Origin: Scenedesmus sp. PABB004
Lineage: Eukaryota
DNA length: 64,000 nucleotides
Reading direction: 5' to 3'
Assembly (NCBI GenBank): GCA_014905635.1
Contig: CM026547.1
Coordinates: 124,001 to 188,000 of the forward strand
Each line of letters begins with the position of its first letter. Within the stretch, counting starts at the first letter, position 1. Under the pieces are notes generated by a model. That model was given only the letters and a program-made list of their open reading frames with translations, was not told the origin of the DNA and searched no databases. Below are positions 47,173 through 59,817 of the stretch, piece after piece. Made by a program: the position numbers and the translations under genes.

Positions 47173-47361
47173 CCGGCGAGGGGCCTGCGACGCGTTTCTG
47201 CGCAGGGCCCAGGGCGCAGCGCGGCCGGCGGGGCCCCGCCCCGCCGCGGCGCAGCGCACCGGTGACCACACCCGCCGTCCAGTCGCGCCGACGAGCCCCG
47301 CCGCAGCAGCCGCAGCCGCCGCCCGCCGCCCGCTGCTGCGTGGCGCGGCGCCGCCGGGGGC

Positions 47362-49226
47362 ATGCGAGCGGCCCTCGGCCGGATGCTCTGTCGGCTGCGC
47401 GTCAAGCCAGCAGCTCGCGACCCGGCAGGCCGGCCCCAGCCCGCGCCGCTGCGCCCGCGGCGGGCCGCGACGACCATGGCGGCGCCTGCCGACGCGCCCG
47501 GCGGCTGGGGCGAGCTGGGGCAGCCCCTCCTCAGCGTGGCGCCCATGTGAGGCCCGCGGCGGCGCGCGCCGGGCAGCGCATGCGGCATGCGGCGCCGGCA
47601 GCAGCGGCGGCAGCGGCGGGCGGCGGCGGCTCACGGCTCGAGGCCCGCGGCGCGCCCGCCCCGTCACGCCGCATCGCGTCCCCGTCCCTCCTCTCCCGCG
47701 CGCGCGCCAGGATGGACTGGACGGACGTGCACTACCGCACGCTCGCGCGCCTGCTCTCGCGGCGCACGTGGCTGTGGACCGAGATGGTGGTCGACAAGAC
47801 GGTCATCCACTCGCCCCTGCTGGACAAGCACCTCTGGTTCCCGCCCGAGCAGCGCCCGCTGGTGCTGCAGCTCGGCGGCAGCGACCCGGCGACGCTGCGC
47901 GCCGCGGCGGCGCGCGCCGCGGCGTACGGGTACGACGAAATCAACCTCAACTGCGGCTGCCCGAGCGACCGCGTCGCGGGCGCGGGCTGCTTCGGCGCGT
48001 CGCTGATGCTGACGCCCGAGCTCGTCGCCGACTGCGTCGCCGCGATCGCCGACGGCGCGGGGCCGGGCGTGCCCGTGAGCGTCAAGCTCCGCCTCGGCGT
48101 CGACGACACCGACGACTACGCCTCGCTCGCGCGCTTTGTGGGCGTCGTGTCGGCGCGGGGCGGCGTGTCGCGCTTCGTCGTGCACGCGCGCAAGTGCCTC
48201 CTCGCGGGTCTCTCGCCCGCGCAGAACCGCAGCGTGCCGCCGCTGCGCCACGACTGGGTGTGGGCGCTCAAGCGCGACTTCCCTCACCTCAGCTTCCAGC
48301 TCAACGGCGGCCTCACGACCGCGGCGGCGGCGGCGCAGGCGCTCGCGCTGGACGCGCGGGGGCTCGACCCCAGCCTCGCGCCGCGCGCGCTCGACGGCGT
48401 CATGGTCGGCCGCGCCGCGTACAACGACCCCTGGGGGCTGCTCGGCGACGCCGACGTGGCCGTCTTTGGCGACGCGGCAAACCCCGCGGCCAGCCGGCGC
48501 GCCGTCGTCGCGCAGTATTGCACCTACGCCGACGCCATGCTCGGGCGGTGCGCCCCGCGGCGCACGCAGCGCCCCGCGGCCGTGGCAGCGGCGGCTGGCA
48601 GCGGCAGGCGCGGCAGCAGGAACGACGGTGTCGCGCCGCCGCGCCGCCGCCCGCGCACGCCCGCGCTCGACACCCGCCGCGCGGCGCCCCGCAGGTGGCA
48701 GGTCAAGGTGGACGGGCACCGCGACCCCAACGTGCGCGTGCTGGTGCGGCCGCTGCTCAACCTCTTTCACGGCGACCGCGGCGGCAAGCGTTGGAAGGCG
48801 GCGGTGGACGCGGTGCTCAAGGCGGGCGGCGTGGAGAGCGTGAGCGCCCTCATGGCCGCGACGCTGCACGCGCTGCCTGACGAGGTGCTCGACGCGCCGC
48901 CGCGCAGCGCGGCCGACGCTGCGGCGGCGGCGAACAACGGCGTGCCGCCGCCGCACTACGCGCTCGCTGTGGCCGCGCTCGCGGTGCCGGGCGACCGCGC
49001 GCGCGGCGAGAACGAGCGGCGGCGCGGCGCCAAGCGGCAGGCGGGCGCGCAGCCGCAGCAGCCGGAGCAGGCGGAGCCGGCGTGCGGCTGCGCCGGCGAG
49101 GCGGGCCCGGGCGAGCAGCAGCAGGACGCGGCGCAGCTGCAGACGCAGCCGCAAGCCGGGGAGCAGCAGCCGCTGGAGCAGCCAGGGGAGCAGCAGGCCG
49201 GCGCCGTCGCGGCGGTCGGCGCGTGA
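47362..49226 (+). CDS. dusA: tRNA-dihydrouridine synthase, DusA-type (alternative ATG at 47476)
   Basis: LSVAPM|MDWTD.HYR, LWTEM, LQLGGSDP, EINLNCGCPSDRV, VHARK..L.GLSPAQNR.VPPL, NGG, VMVGRAAY. TGTAA at 49312-49316. Confidence 0.92.
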
Positions 49227-49621
49227 GCGGGCAGGGCTGTGCAGCAGCGTGCGGGCACTGTGGGAGGGAGCCGGCCCGGGGCGCCACGCATGTGGCCGGC
49301 GGCGGCTGAGCTGTAAGAGCGCTCGGCCGAGAGTCGCCTCGTGCGGGGGTCGCAGCCGGTCACACAGAGCTCTCAGCCAAGCCGCAGCGGTGTGCACCCG
49401 CGCCGGCGGCGATCAGGGCCTGACCAAGAACATGCAATGCAAGCAGTTCAGCGCGCGGTGGCGGCGGGTTGGGAGGTCGATCACGCGCGCGGCCAGATGG
49501 GCCGCGGCGGGGCGCGCAGCATGCAAGTGTGTGCGCGTGTGTGCAGGGACGACGGATCAGGCGGTCCCCCCAGATGCCTACAGAGCCATTGCCTCGCCCA
49601 GCCCAGGTCGTTCCCAGCAGC

Positions 49622-49748
49622 TCACGCGAAGAAGCGCCGGCCGCGGCGCCCGGCCGCCGCGGCGGCGGCGCGCTCGATCCTGGTGCGCCGGGCCGCCGCC
49701 TCCTTCTGCTGGCGCTGCGGCAGCGCCAGGCCCTCGCTCGGCGGCACC

Positions 49749-49782
<34 letters not shown>

Positions 49783-51361
49783 GCGCGGTGCCGTTGACCG
49801 TTGCCGGTGCGTCGGCCGGTGCGGGCGGGGCAAACTGCGCGGTCGTCTCGACGTCGCCCATGATGCCGGGGGCCGCGATGGCCCGCCGGATGGCCACCTG
49901 CGCCGCGGCGCGCGCGCGGCTCGGCAGGGGCTTGGCCAGCCGCGCCGTGGCGGCGGGCCGCGCCCGCGCGCGGCGCTGCGCGGCGCGCGCCTGCTGGCCC
50001 GCTGCGTTGGTGAGGCGCATGTCGAGGGGCGGCTCAAAGCCGCTGAGCTCCCAGCTCGCGCCGCCGGTGTTGTTGAGGGGCGCCCAGGGCGAGGTCGGGT
50101 CGGCGGCGCGCGCCTGCCGCAGGCGCGGCGGTGTCGGCGGGCTGCAGCCCAGCTGGGCGCGCGCGCGGGGGCGGGCGCGGGCGGTGGCGGCCAGCGGAGC
50201 CGCGGCGCGCGGGCGCGCACCAGGCGCGTCGCGTTGGCGCCGGCGGACGCGGCCTCGACCGCGACGAGCGCGCCGTCCACGCCGCCGACGTTGGTGAAGG
50301 CGACGCGCAGCCAGCCGCCCTCGGTGGTGCGGTGACCGCTGATGTGGATGGTGATGGGGTCGGCAGGCTCGCACGCCACCAGCCTGCGGCGGCGGCGGCG
50401 GCCTTGCAGGACGGGCGCCGCGCGAGGCAGGACTTGCGCCCGGCAGCGCGGCGCGCGTGCACCTGAAGCGGATGCCGACGCGGCCCAGGCGCACGGGCGC
50501 GAGCTGCTCGAAGCTGAGCACGTGCATCTGCGGCGCAGAGGCGGGTGGGAGGGGCGGCGGCGGCGGGGGTGGTGGAGGATGGCGCGTGCCGGCGCGCGCG
50601 GGCGGCGCGCAGGGCTTGCAGGACGGGGCGCACGCGCGCGCGCCGCACGTTGACGTTGGTCGCGTTGCAGTCGCTCGCGGCGCACTTGTCCGTCACGACC
50701 GCGCGCACGCGGCCGCCGACGCACGCGCCGCCGCGCTCGTCGCGGCACTCGATCTCGAGGCACGACCCGCACGCGTCCTGCGGGCGGCCCCGCACGAGCG
50801 GGTTGTCCGGGGAGAGGCCGACCACGTCGTAGAAAGGGTACAGCCGGGGGTCCAGGTCGCCGTAGCCTGGGAGGCGGCGGCGGACGCGGCGGCCGTGCGC
50901 CCGCACGCGGAGCACGCGGCGGCGGCGCATGTCGGGAGGGCAAGCAAACCGGCGCGCGCGCAGTGGCGCGCGCCGCGCTTTGCTTGCGCCCGGGGCCCCC
51001 CTGCGCGGCGCGCGCGCCGCACCGCAGGAGCCGCTCTCCAGCGACAGCTGGTAGCCGCCGCGGGCCGCGCCACCGGGGGCGCGCTCGTCCTGCGCGTGCG
51101 GGGTGCGCGTCGCGTGCGGCGGTTGGCGCGCGGCGCCAACCGCCCCGCCGCCCCGCCGCCCCGCCGCCCCGCCGCCCCGCCGCCCCGCCGCCCCGCCGCC
51201 CCGCCGCCCCGCCGGCGCCGCTGCCGTCACCTGGGGCCCCCGAAGAAGGAGGCGCTGCCCTGCGTCCACGCGCCCGGCGCCTGCGGCGGCGGCGCGGCGC
51301 GCGCGGCGGGCGGCGGCAGCGCGGCGGCCGCGAGCAGCAGGAGCGCGAGCAGGGGCGCCAT
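49622..51361 (-). CDS. Secreted expansin-like protein (DPBB plus CBM63-like domain, Pro/Ala tail)
   Basis: Signal peptide, WTQGSASFFGG, GSCG|YG, ACGSCLEIEC, VVTDKC, NVGG..G...V, WAPLNNTGGASWE, PLDMRLT. Confidence 0.85.
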
Positions 51362-51629
51362 GGCGGATCTGGCAGTTGAGGGGAGCTCGGCGGAAGGGTG
51401 GGCGGGGGCTGGGCGGGTGTGGCGGGCGCGAGCGGCGCGGCGGGTTTTGAAGCGCGCGCGCGCGGCGGAAGTGCAACAGGTTGTGACGCGCCCCCCTCAC
51501 GGGCGCTGAGGCGTGCCAGAAAATCCCGCCGCGTCGGCTGGCGGCCCGCCCAGGCCGCCCCAGCCCCCGCGCCGCCGCCGCCGCGGCCGCCGCTGCGCTA
51601 CGTCCGCCGCTGCGGCGCGCGGCGCCTAC

Positions 51630-52773
51630 ATGGCTCCTCGAGACGTGTCGGCTCCGCTGGCCGCGCTGCTTCCCCGTGGCGCGGCGCCGGCCGACGTGAC
51701 GGAGCTGGCGCTGGGCGGCGGCGTCGGCGGCCACGGGCTCGCCGCGCTCGTTGAGCCGTGTGTCAACCTCGAGGTCCTGTGGGCCCAGGGCAACAACCTC
51801 ACGTCGCTCAGCGGCCTGGCCGCGCCGCGCCAGAAGCAGCTCTACGCCCACGTGCGCGCGCGCGGCGCGGCCAGCTGGTCGCTCAGCAGCAGCGCCCACC
51901 ACCTCACCACGCGCCGCCAACTGCAGGACAACGCCATCGCGACGCTCAAGGGCGTGGCGGGGCTGCGCCACCTGGAGGTGCTGGACCTCGGCGGCAATCG
52001 CCTGCGCGGCCTGGACCGGGTGCTGCGCGTGCTGGCACGCCTGCGCTGCCTGCGCGAGCTCACCCTGGCCGGCAACCCCTGCGCCGAGGAGGCGGGGTAT
52101 CGGCTGCAGGTCGTCGCCGCACTGCCGGCCCTGGAGCTGCTGGACCACCACCAGGTCACGCCCGCCGAGCGCCGCCAGGCCGCAGCGGAGCGCGGCGGCC
52201 GCGCGGCGCTGGCCGCCGCCGTGGCGTTCGGCGTGCGCGCGCCGCCCGCGCGCGCGCCGGCGGTTCGCCAGGAGCGCTCGGTGCTGGAGCAGGAGCTGGG
52301 AGAGGTGCGGTGCGCGCCCTGGGCAACGCTGCGGCCCCGCCGGGTCCCTCCCGCCGTGCCGGCGCTGACGGGCGCTCGGCCCGTGCGCCCCCCCCCCCCC
52401 CCACACACACACACAGACGGCTGCCCGCGTGCGCTCCCAGCGCGCGGCTGAGGCGGAGGCGGCGCTGGGCGCCGCCGCGGACGACGCAGCGTTCTGGGAG
52501 CGCCGCGCCCGCCTGCCGCCGCCGCCGGGCGTGGCGCGCGCGCGCGAAGCGCCCTGTCCCGGGGCTGGACCCGAGCGGCCGCCGAGCCCCTCAGCAGCCG
52601 CCTACAAGCCACGCGACGTCCTGCTGCTGCACAGCCTCCGCTCCCGCAGCGACGGCGGCGCGGGGCCGGGCGCCGGCGGCGCCGGCGACGCGCCGCGCTT
52701 CCAGCAGGGCACGCACAGCCACCACCTCGCCGCGCGGCGCTGGGAGGCGCAGCTGACCGCGCTCAGCCTGTAA
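51630..52773 (+). CDS. Leucine-rich-repeat protein (SDS22/LRRC72-like, with LRR cap)
   Basis: NLEVLWAQGNNLTSL, HLEVLDLGGNRL, LRELTLAGNPCAEEAGYRLQVVAALPALELLD. Confidence 0.8.
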
Positions 52774-52907
52774 AGACAGGCTGGGTTACAATGGGTCGGT
52801 TCGCCCCCCAGCACGCTGCCCCGGCCGCTCCCGCGCCCGCGGTCGGCCGGCCCCCGCTGCCGCCTGCAGCGGGCTGCCGCCGTCCGCCGCCCGCGCCGCC
52901 GTCCGCG

Positions 52908-53890
52908 TCAGTTGGCGTCGGAGCGCTCCGCCGCCGCTGCCACGCCCGCCTCGGCCGCCTTGGCGCCCGTGCCGTTGCTGCCGGGCGTGCCGAGCTGCGC
53001 CGCCGCCGCCGCGTCCGCCGCGTCTGCGGCCGCCGCGTTCTTTGCCTCCGCCTCGCGGATCGCCTGCCGCAGGCCCAGCACTGCGCGGTGGCGGCGGCGG
53101 CATCGGTCGGCGGCGGCCGCGGCGACCGGCGCGCCTCAGGCGCGCGCGGCGCGGCGCCCGCGCCCGCGCGCCAGCCCCGCGCACCGACGAGCAGGTTTGT
53201 GATGGTCAGCAGCGACTCGGCGCTGCCGTGCAGCCAGTCCACGTTGGCGAGGCTCGTGCCGTAGTGCGTCTTGGCTGCGCGGCACGGCGAGGCGCGGCGC
53301 GGGGCGGTTGCGGCCCGCGCCGCCGCCGCGCCGCGTCCGCGGCCCTGCGCCGCCGCGCACCGTAGATGCCGGCAGGGATGGTCGCGCCGACAAAGGCGAG
53401 CAGGAAGTAAAAGCCCACGAGCGTCAGCCGCGGCGCCTTGCCCGAGCGCGTGAGGTAGAAGAGGAACGCCAGGTAGGGGAAGAGGCTCGCCGCAAACAGC
53501 TGGCTCGCGAGGCTCTGCGCGCGGCGCGCGGCGCCCGGCGCGTGCGCGGTGCGCAGGGCTGCGGGCGCGGCGCGGCATCGCGCGGCGCGGCGCAGGGCCG
53601 CGAGGCGCGGCGCGGCGCCCGCGCGGGCGGCGTGCGCGGCGGCGCGCCTGGCCGTCGATCTGCGTGCCCCAGGCCTGGTCGAAGGGCGTGATGCGCGCAA
53701 CGTGCGAGGCGCGCCGCGCCGGCTGCTGCTCCTGCAGCGGCCGCAGCGGCCGCAGCGGCTGCCGCGGCGCGACCGCCGGGCCGCGCCGCGCCGCGCTCGC
53801 GCCGCCGGGGCGCGCCGCGGGCCCGGGACCGCTGCGGCCGGTGCGACGGCCCAATGACGGCCCGGCGCGGGCGCGCAGCTGCAGGTCCAT
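52908..53890 (-). CDS. DUF3593 family membrane protein, probably plastid-targeted
   Basis: LFAASLFPYLAFLFYL..K.PRLTLVGFYFLLAFVGATIPAGIY|AK.HYGTSLANVDWLHGSAESLLTITNL. Confidence 0.88.
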
Positions 53891-54136
53891 GCCGCGGCGG
53901 CGGCAGCAGCGCAGCAGCGGCGGCGCAGCGGCGGCGTGCGGCTCGCTCGTGGCAGCGTGCGCGGCCGTTGGCGAGGTTCCAGGGCGCGTGGCGAGCGATG
54001 GGGCGGGGGAGGGGCTGCAGCGAGGCCCGTGGACGGGGCGGGCAGGCCCATTTCAGTCACGCGGGTTCTCCTTGCACGCGCTCCAAGCGCGGCCCAGCGC
54101 GCTCCCGGCGCGCACTCTCCGCCAGCTGGACCCACC

Positions 54137-55614
54137 ATGCTGGCGCGCGCGGCCGCCCTGGCCTGGGCCAGCGCCCGGGCCGCGCCCCTGGTGCGGGGCG
54201 GGCGCGGAGGCGCGCTGCGCGCTGCTTTCACGCACCAGGGCGCCGCCTGAGCGCCGCCCGCGCCGCCGCAGGGGGCGCGCGAGTTCGCGGCGGCCGCGTC
54301 GCAGGCAGCGATCAAGCTGGTGCGGCCAGCGCCTGATCCCTGGCCGGGGCGGGGGCGGGGCGGCGCTCCACCGCGTACCGGTGGCGTGCCGGCCCGACAC
54401 GGCAGCGGCACGGGGCGCGCAGGGCCGCTGGCGCGCCGGGGCGGGCCCAGATGTGCCCACCGCCTGCTGCTGCCGCCCGCCCCGCCCGCAGCCGGACCCG
54501 CCGACCAGCCTGAGCGGCACCTCGGCATCCATCGCCACGCTGACATGGCAGGTGGCGGCCAAGGAGAACCAGCTGGAGAAGGTTCAGGACGAGCTGCACC
54601 AGGTGCGGCGCAGCAGCAGCGGCGGCGGCGGCGGCGTGCGGGGCCGCGCGGGGCGGGGGCGCGCGATCGCGGCGCCCCGCGCGCGCGGCGGGGAGGCGGG
54701 GCCGCGGCCGCAGCGGGGCGCCCCGGCGCGCGGGGAGCGGGCGCGGCGGCGCCGCAGCGCACCACGCCCGAGCGCCCGCGCGCCCGCGCGCCGCGGCCGC
54801 GGTTTGCGGCGGGCCGCGCGCGGGCGGCCCGTGGGCGCGAGCAGCGCGCCCACGCCGCGTCCCGCCTCGCCCGCGCGTCTGCACCGCTGCCGCCGCCTCA
54901 GATGGTGGAGGCGTTCCAGGAGATGCCTGAGCTCGCGCGCGTCGCGGTCGACCCGTTCCTGTCGGAGCGCAACAAGGCGGCGATCTTCAACGCCATACTC
55001 AAGGACTCGGGCGCGACCGAGATCACCAAGCGCCTCTTCGGTGCGGCGCGCGGCGCGCGGCGGGCAGCGGGCGCAGGCGGCCAGCAGCAGGGCGCAGCTG
55101 GCGGCACGCAGGGCGCAGCTGGCGGCGGCGCGCCTCGCCGCCCCGGTCCCGACCCCGCACCCCCTGGTGGGCCGCCCCGCCGCCGCCCCCGCTCGCCCTG
55201 GCGCAGCCGCGCTGGCGGAGGAGAACGCGCTGGCCGCGACGCTGCAGGTCTCGTCCGCGTACGACGAGCTGATGCTGGCGCACAAGAAGGAGGTGCACTG
55301 CAACATCATCACCGCAGAGGTGACGATGCGCACCCCGCCGCCCCCGCGCAGCCCGGCGCCCGCCGCGCGCTCACGCGCCCGCGCGCGCGCCGCCGCAGCC
55401 GCTGGACAAGCTCGAGCGCGCGGAGCTGCGCAAGCAGGCGGCCGCGTTTGTGGAGCCCGGCTTCAAGCTGGTCATGGCGGAGAAGGTCGACCGCAAGCTG
55501 CTGGGCGGCTTTGTGCTGGAGTTTGAGGACCGCCTCGTGGACATGAGCGTGAGCAAGAAGCTGGAGGAGTTCAACGCGCTCGTGTTCAAGCTCGAGGCAG
55601 ACCTCAACGCCTGA
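54137..55614 (+). CDS. ATP5: Mitochondrial ATP synthase OSCP subunit
   Basis: Presequence; IATLTWQVAAKENQLEKVQDEL; SAYDELMLAHKKEV; KVDRKLLGGFVLEFEDRLVDMS. TGTAA at 55672-55676. Confidence 0.93.
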
Positions 55615-56078
55615 GGCGCAGGGGGCGGGCGGGCGCGGCTGGGAGGGCGGGCATGCCTGGGAGGCGGCGGGTGTAAACTAGCGAGCACGCGGACACAGGC
55701 CGGGCGGCCGGCGCGGCAGCGCCGGGCCCTGCTGCGCCGCCCGGTGCGCCGCCGCCGGTGCCACGCCGCCCCCCTCGCCTCCGCGCAGCCACACCGCGTT
55801 TGCCACGCCGCTAGGGCGGGGCGCTGCGAGCCGAGCGCGCGCCTGCGCCATCGAAAAGTTTGCGCTAGCGAGCCGCACGTTCTAGAGAGAGCCGCGCCCG
55901 GCGGCTCTCCCCGTAGAAGCGCAAGACCCCGGCGCACCGCGTAGCTCGGAGCGCGGGGCCCGGACGCCGCGGAGAGCCGCTGGCGAGGCCATCCACCGCG
56001 CACTCGTTTCTCGCGGCGAGCCTGCCGGCCCTTGCGGGCCCTAGGCCAGCGCCCCAGCACCGCAGCACCGCAACAGCC

Positions 56079-57097
56079 ATGGCCGCATGCGAGGAGGAGG
56101 CCTGCTGCTGGATCTGCTTCGCCGGCGGCAGCGCGGCGGCGCCGCTCGCGCAGCCGTGCGCCTGCCCGCGCCCGGTCCACCTGCGCTGCCTGGCCCGCTG
56201 GCAGCTGCAGCAGGCGGGCAAAAGGTGCGGCGCCGCCGTCGCCGCGGCGAGCCGCTGCCGGCCTGGCGCGGGCCCCCGCCGCAGCGGGCGCCGCCGCCGA
56301 ACGCTCGCCGCCGCGGGCCTCCGGCTGCGGCGCCCGCGCCCACCCGCGTGCGCGCGCACACCCACGCGCACCCCCGCGCCGCCGCGCCGCGCGCGCAGCG
56401 AGGAGACGCACTGCCGCTTCTGCGCCGCCGGCTACGGCGACTGGCGCGCCAGCCTGGCGCCCGCGCCGCCGGGCGCCGCGCCGCCGCCGCCGCCGGCGCG
56501 CCGCCGCCGTCGCCGCCGCGGCGCCCCGCGACGCCGGTGATGGCGATCGCGTACGAGGGCGCGACGCACCGCATCACGGTCTACCCCGGCCCGCAGGGCC
56601 GCGCGCGCTTCGAGGCCGAGGTGCGCGCGCTGCTCGACCTGCCAGCGGGCGAGGAGTTTGACGTCGAGTTCCTCTGCCGCGCGCCAGACACGGGTGCGGC
56701 GCCGCCGCGCGCCCGCGCGCGCGCACGCGCCGGCGGCGCGGCCCAGGCGCCCGCGGGCGAGCAGCTGCGCCGCCTGCCGCGCTCACGCGCGCCCGCGCGC
56801 GCCTGCCGCCGTCGTCGCTGGTTCTCCCCAGGCGCGCTGCTGTCGCTGGACGGCATCGGCGCGTTTGACGCGGCGACGCACTGCGCGGCGCTCACCGCGG
56901 CGGAGCGCGTCAGCAAGGCGGCCGCAGGCGGCGCGTCGGACGCGCAGCCCCCGCCCGGCGGCGCGCGGGCGGCGGCGGCGGCGCCGCCGTCGCCGCAGCA
57001 GCGGCCCGCGGGCGCGCTGGCGGCGCTGCAGCTGCCGCCGCTGGACGGCGGCCTGGCCTGCCCCGGCGCCGCCGCGGGGCCGCGCGACGCGCCGTGA
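56079..57097 (+). CDS. RING-CH (RINGv) zinc-finger protein
   Basis: CWIC..LAQPCACPRPVHLRCLARWQLQQAGK|SEETHCRFC; C-terminal LDGIGAFDAATHCA. Apparent frameshift at ~56480-56500. Confidence 0.8.
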
Positions 57098-58234
57098 GAT
57101 TGCTGTGCGGCGCTGGGTTGCGTTTTGGCTGGCTGGGCCTCGGTCGTTTCCCTGGGGTTGGCGGGTTTGCCATCTTGTCTTTGCCACACTCTGCTCGGCG
57201 CGCGCCGCCGCTCGGCGCGCGCGCCCGCGCCACCCGCGCCAGCCGCGGCGCCGCGCCGCGCCCCGCCCGGGGCGCGGCGCGCCCGCACCGGCCGTGCGGG
57301 CGGCGGCGCCACCGATGACTGCGCCGCCGCCCGCCGCCGCCGCCGCGCGCCGCACACTGCTATTAGCTCCTCGCCTCCTCGCCTCCTCTCCGCCTCCTGT
57401 GCGCGGCATGCGCGTCGTTGCGCGTGCCCCGCACAGCCCAGCACTTGCTTTGCCTGTCCTCCTCCGCCACGCCTCTCATGTGGGTCCCGGGGGCCTCTGT
57501 GTCCGCTCGGACAGCATCCCGTCCACTCTCGTCCTCGCCGGTCGGTCGGTCGGTCGCACTGCGTGCGGCGATTGCCCGCACTCGCGCGCCAGAACTGTTG
57601 TCGTTGGTCTGCCGCGCCGCGCGCGTGCGCGTGCGGGCGTCGGGTCGGCCCGCGGCCGCAAACGCGCGCGCGCCGCGTCTGTGTATGGATGACGATGTGG
57701 AGGTGGTGACGGAGACACGGCGACGCGCGCCGCGTGAGATGGCGCGCGTCATCATCATCTGGTCTGGTCAAGGGTGCGGAGCTCTGTCGTGTGTGCCCTC
57801 TCATCCTTTCGTCTGGATAGGGTGCGGAGCTCTGTCGACACGTGCGTCCTCCCGTCCCCCACACTGCCGCTGCCATCGCGTCCGCGGGGGCCCTGCCGCC
57901 CGCGCGCATGACTGTGTGTTAGTGCGCGCTTCCTCGCCACAGGCAGCCTTGGAAGGCCACCGCCCAAACGCATGTCGCGTGACGATGCCGCTGCGCAGCT
58001 TCAGAGCCCGGGGGGGGGGGGGGGGAGAGAGAGTCGCGGGAGGGGGCCGTCGCAGGCCGAGGCGGGCGGGCCGATCGGGGCGGGTTGCTGGCGGGCGGGG
58101 ACACGAGCGGGCGCCGGCGGCGACGACACCAGCGCCAGAGAGTAATTACAGGCCTGCAGCCCCCGCCCGACGCCGCGCACGCGGCCGCCGCGCCGCTCGC
58201 TCGCTCCCCGCCGCCTCGCCCCGGCGCCGCGCCG

Positions 58235-58433
58235 TCAGTCGTCGTCCGCGCCGTCGGCGAGGTCGCCCCAGCGCACGCTGTGCTTCGCCGCGAGGTAGTG
58301 CGCGCCCAGCGGGCCGCGGCTGCCATAGGGGTAGAGCTCCGGCGCGACGCCGGCGGCCTCGAGCTCGTGCAGCACCGGCGTGTACAGCGCCCACGCCGCC
58401 TCGAGCTCGTCCGCGCTGCGCGCGGCGCGGCGC

Positions 58434-58496
<63 letters not shown>

Positions 58497-59786
58497 TGGG
58501 CGCGGCGCGGGCGCCGCGGCGCCGCGCCCACGCCGCCCAGGCGGCAGGCGGCGGCTGCCCAGCGGGCTGGCGCGCGCGGGGCCGTGCGCGTGCCCGCCCC
58601 GCGCGGCGGCGCCCCCCCCCCCCCCCCCTCTCACTCACCGGATGAAGAGGCGCTTGTCGCCGTTGACCACGTCCAGCAGCAGCCGCTCGTACGCGTCCGG
58701 CAGCTCGCCCTCGTACTGCTCCCGGTACTGCAGGTCCAGCCGCGTCTGGTCGAGGCGCAGCCCCAGCCCAGGCACCTGCGCAGCGCGGCGCGGCGCGGCG
58801 CGTGGTGTGCGGTGTGCGGTGTGCGGTCGGCGCGCAGTCGGGCCAGGCGCCGCAGGCGGCGCAGGTGCGCCGCCGCCCCGCACTCCCGCCCGCCGTGAGG
58901 CCCCCGGGCCCCGCCCCGGGCCGGCTGCCCGCCGCGCGGCGCGCGGCGGGGGGCTCTGTGTGTGTTGCGTGTCGTGCGTGTGCGACTGTGTGCCTGTGCG
59001 ACTGTTGTTGCGACTGTGTGACACCCCCCCCCCACACACACAAACACACACACACGCACACCTTGTTGTTGATCTTTAGGTAGATCGCCTCCTTGGGCTG
59101 GATGCGGATGACGAGCTCGTTGCACGCGGCGTCGGGGTCGGACCCAGCCTTGTCGCGGTACAGGTTGCCGGGGACGGCCCTGCGCGGCGCGCGCGGGGCG
59201 GCGGGCGGCGTGTGTGCATGGTGAGTGGGTGAGTGCGCGAGTGCGTGAGCGAGTGAGTGCGTGAGCGAGTGAGGGAGTGAGGGAGTGAGTGAGTGCGCGT
59301 GCGCGTGCCGCGCCGCGCCGCCGCGGGGTGGGTGCGCGCGCCTGAACTGCACGCGGATCTCGGCGCAGCGCTTGTGCAGCGCCTTGCCCGCCTTGAGCAG
59401 GAATGGCACGCCGTCCCAGCGGCCGTTGGCGATGAACATCGACACCGCCGCAAACGTGGGCGTCAGGCTGCGCGCGGGGGTGGGTTGTTTTTGTTTTTGG
59501 GTGGGCGGGTGTGTGTGTGTGGGGGGGGGGGGGGGGCAGGGGGGAGCGTGGGCGGGCGGCGGCGGCGGCAGCGGCTGTGCGTGCGGCGCGCCCGCGCGCC
59601 AGCGCCCCCGGGCCCGCGCCAGCGCGCGCGCCCGCGCCCGCGCGTCCCCCACGCGCCTGCCCTTTGGCACGGTGTCGTCGTCGAGGTAGCCCGGGCGGCG
59701 CCCGCGCGCGCGGTACTGCCCCAGCACCACGTCCTCCCGCCCCACCACCTTCATGCTGCGCAGAACCTGTGAGCCACGGGGCGCGG

Positions 59787-59817
<31 letters not shown>

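Noticed and set aside
47362..49226. Bacterial-like DusA, YegS and CorA as recent horizontal transfers
   Set aside because: All contain spliceosomal introns and host-like composition; such families are expected in green algae.
57771..57837. CRISPR-like repeat-spacer-repeat
   Set aside because: Only two short repeats, no cas genes, eukaryotic context.
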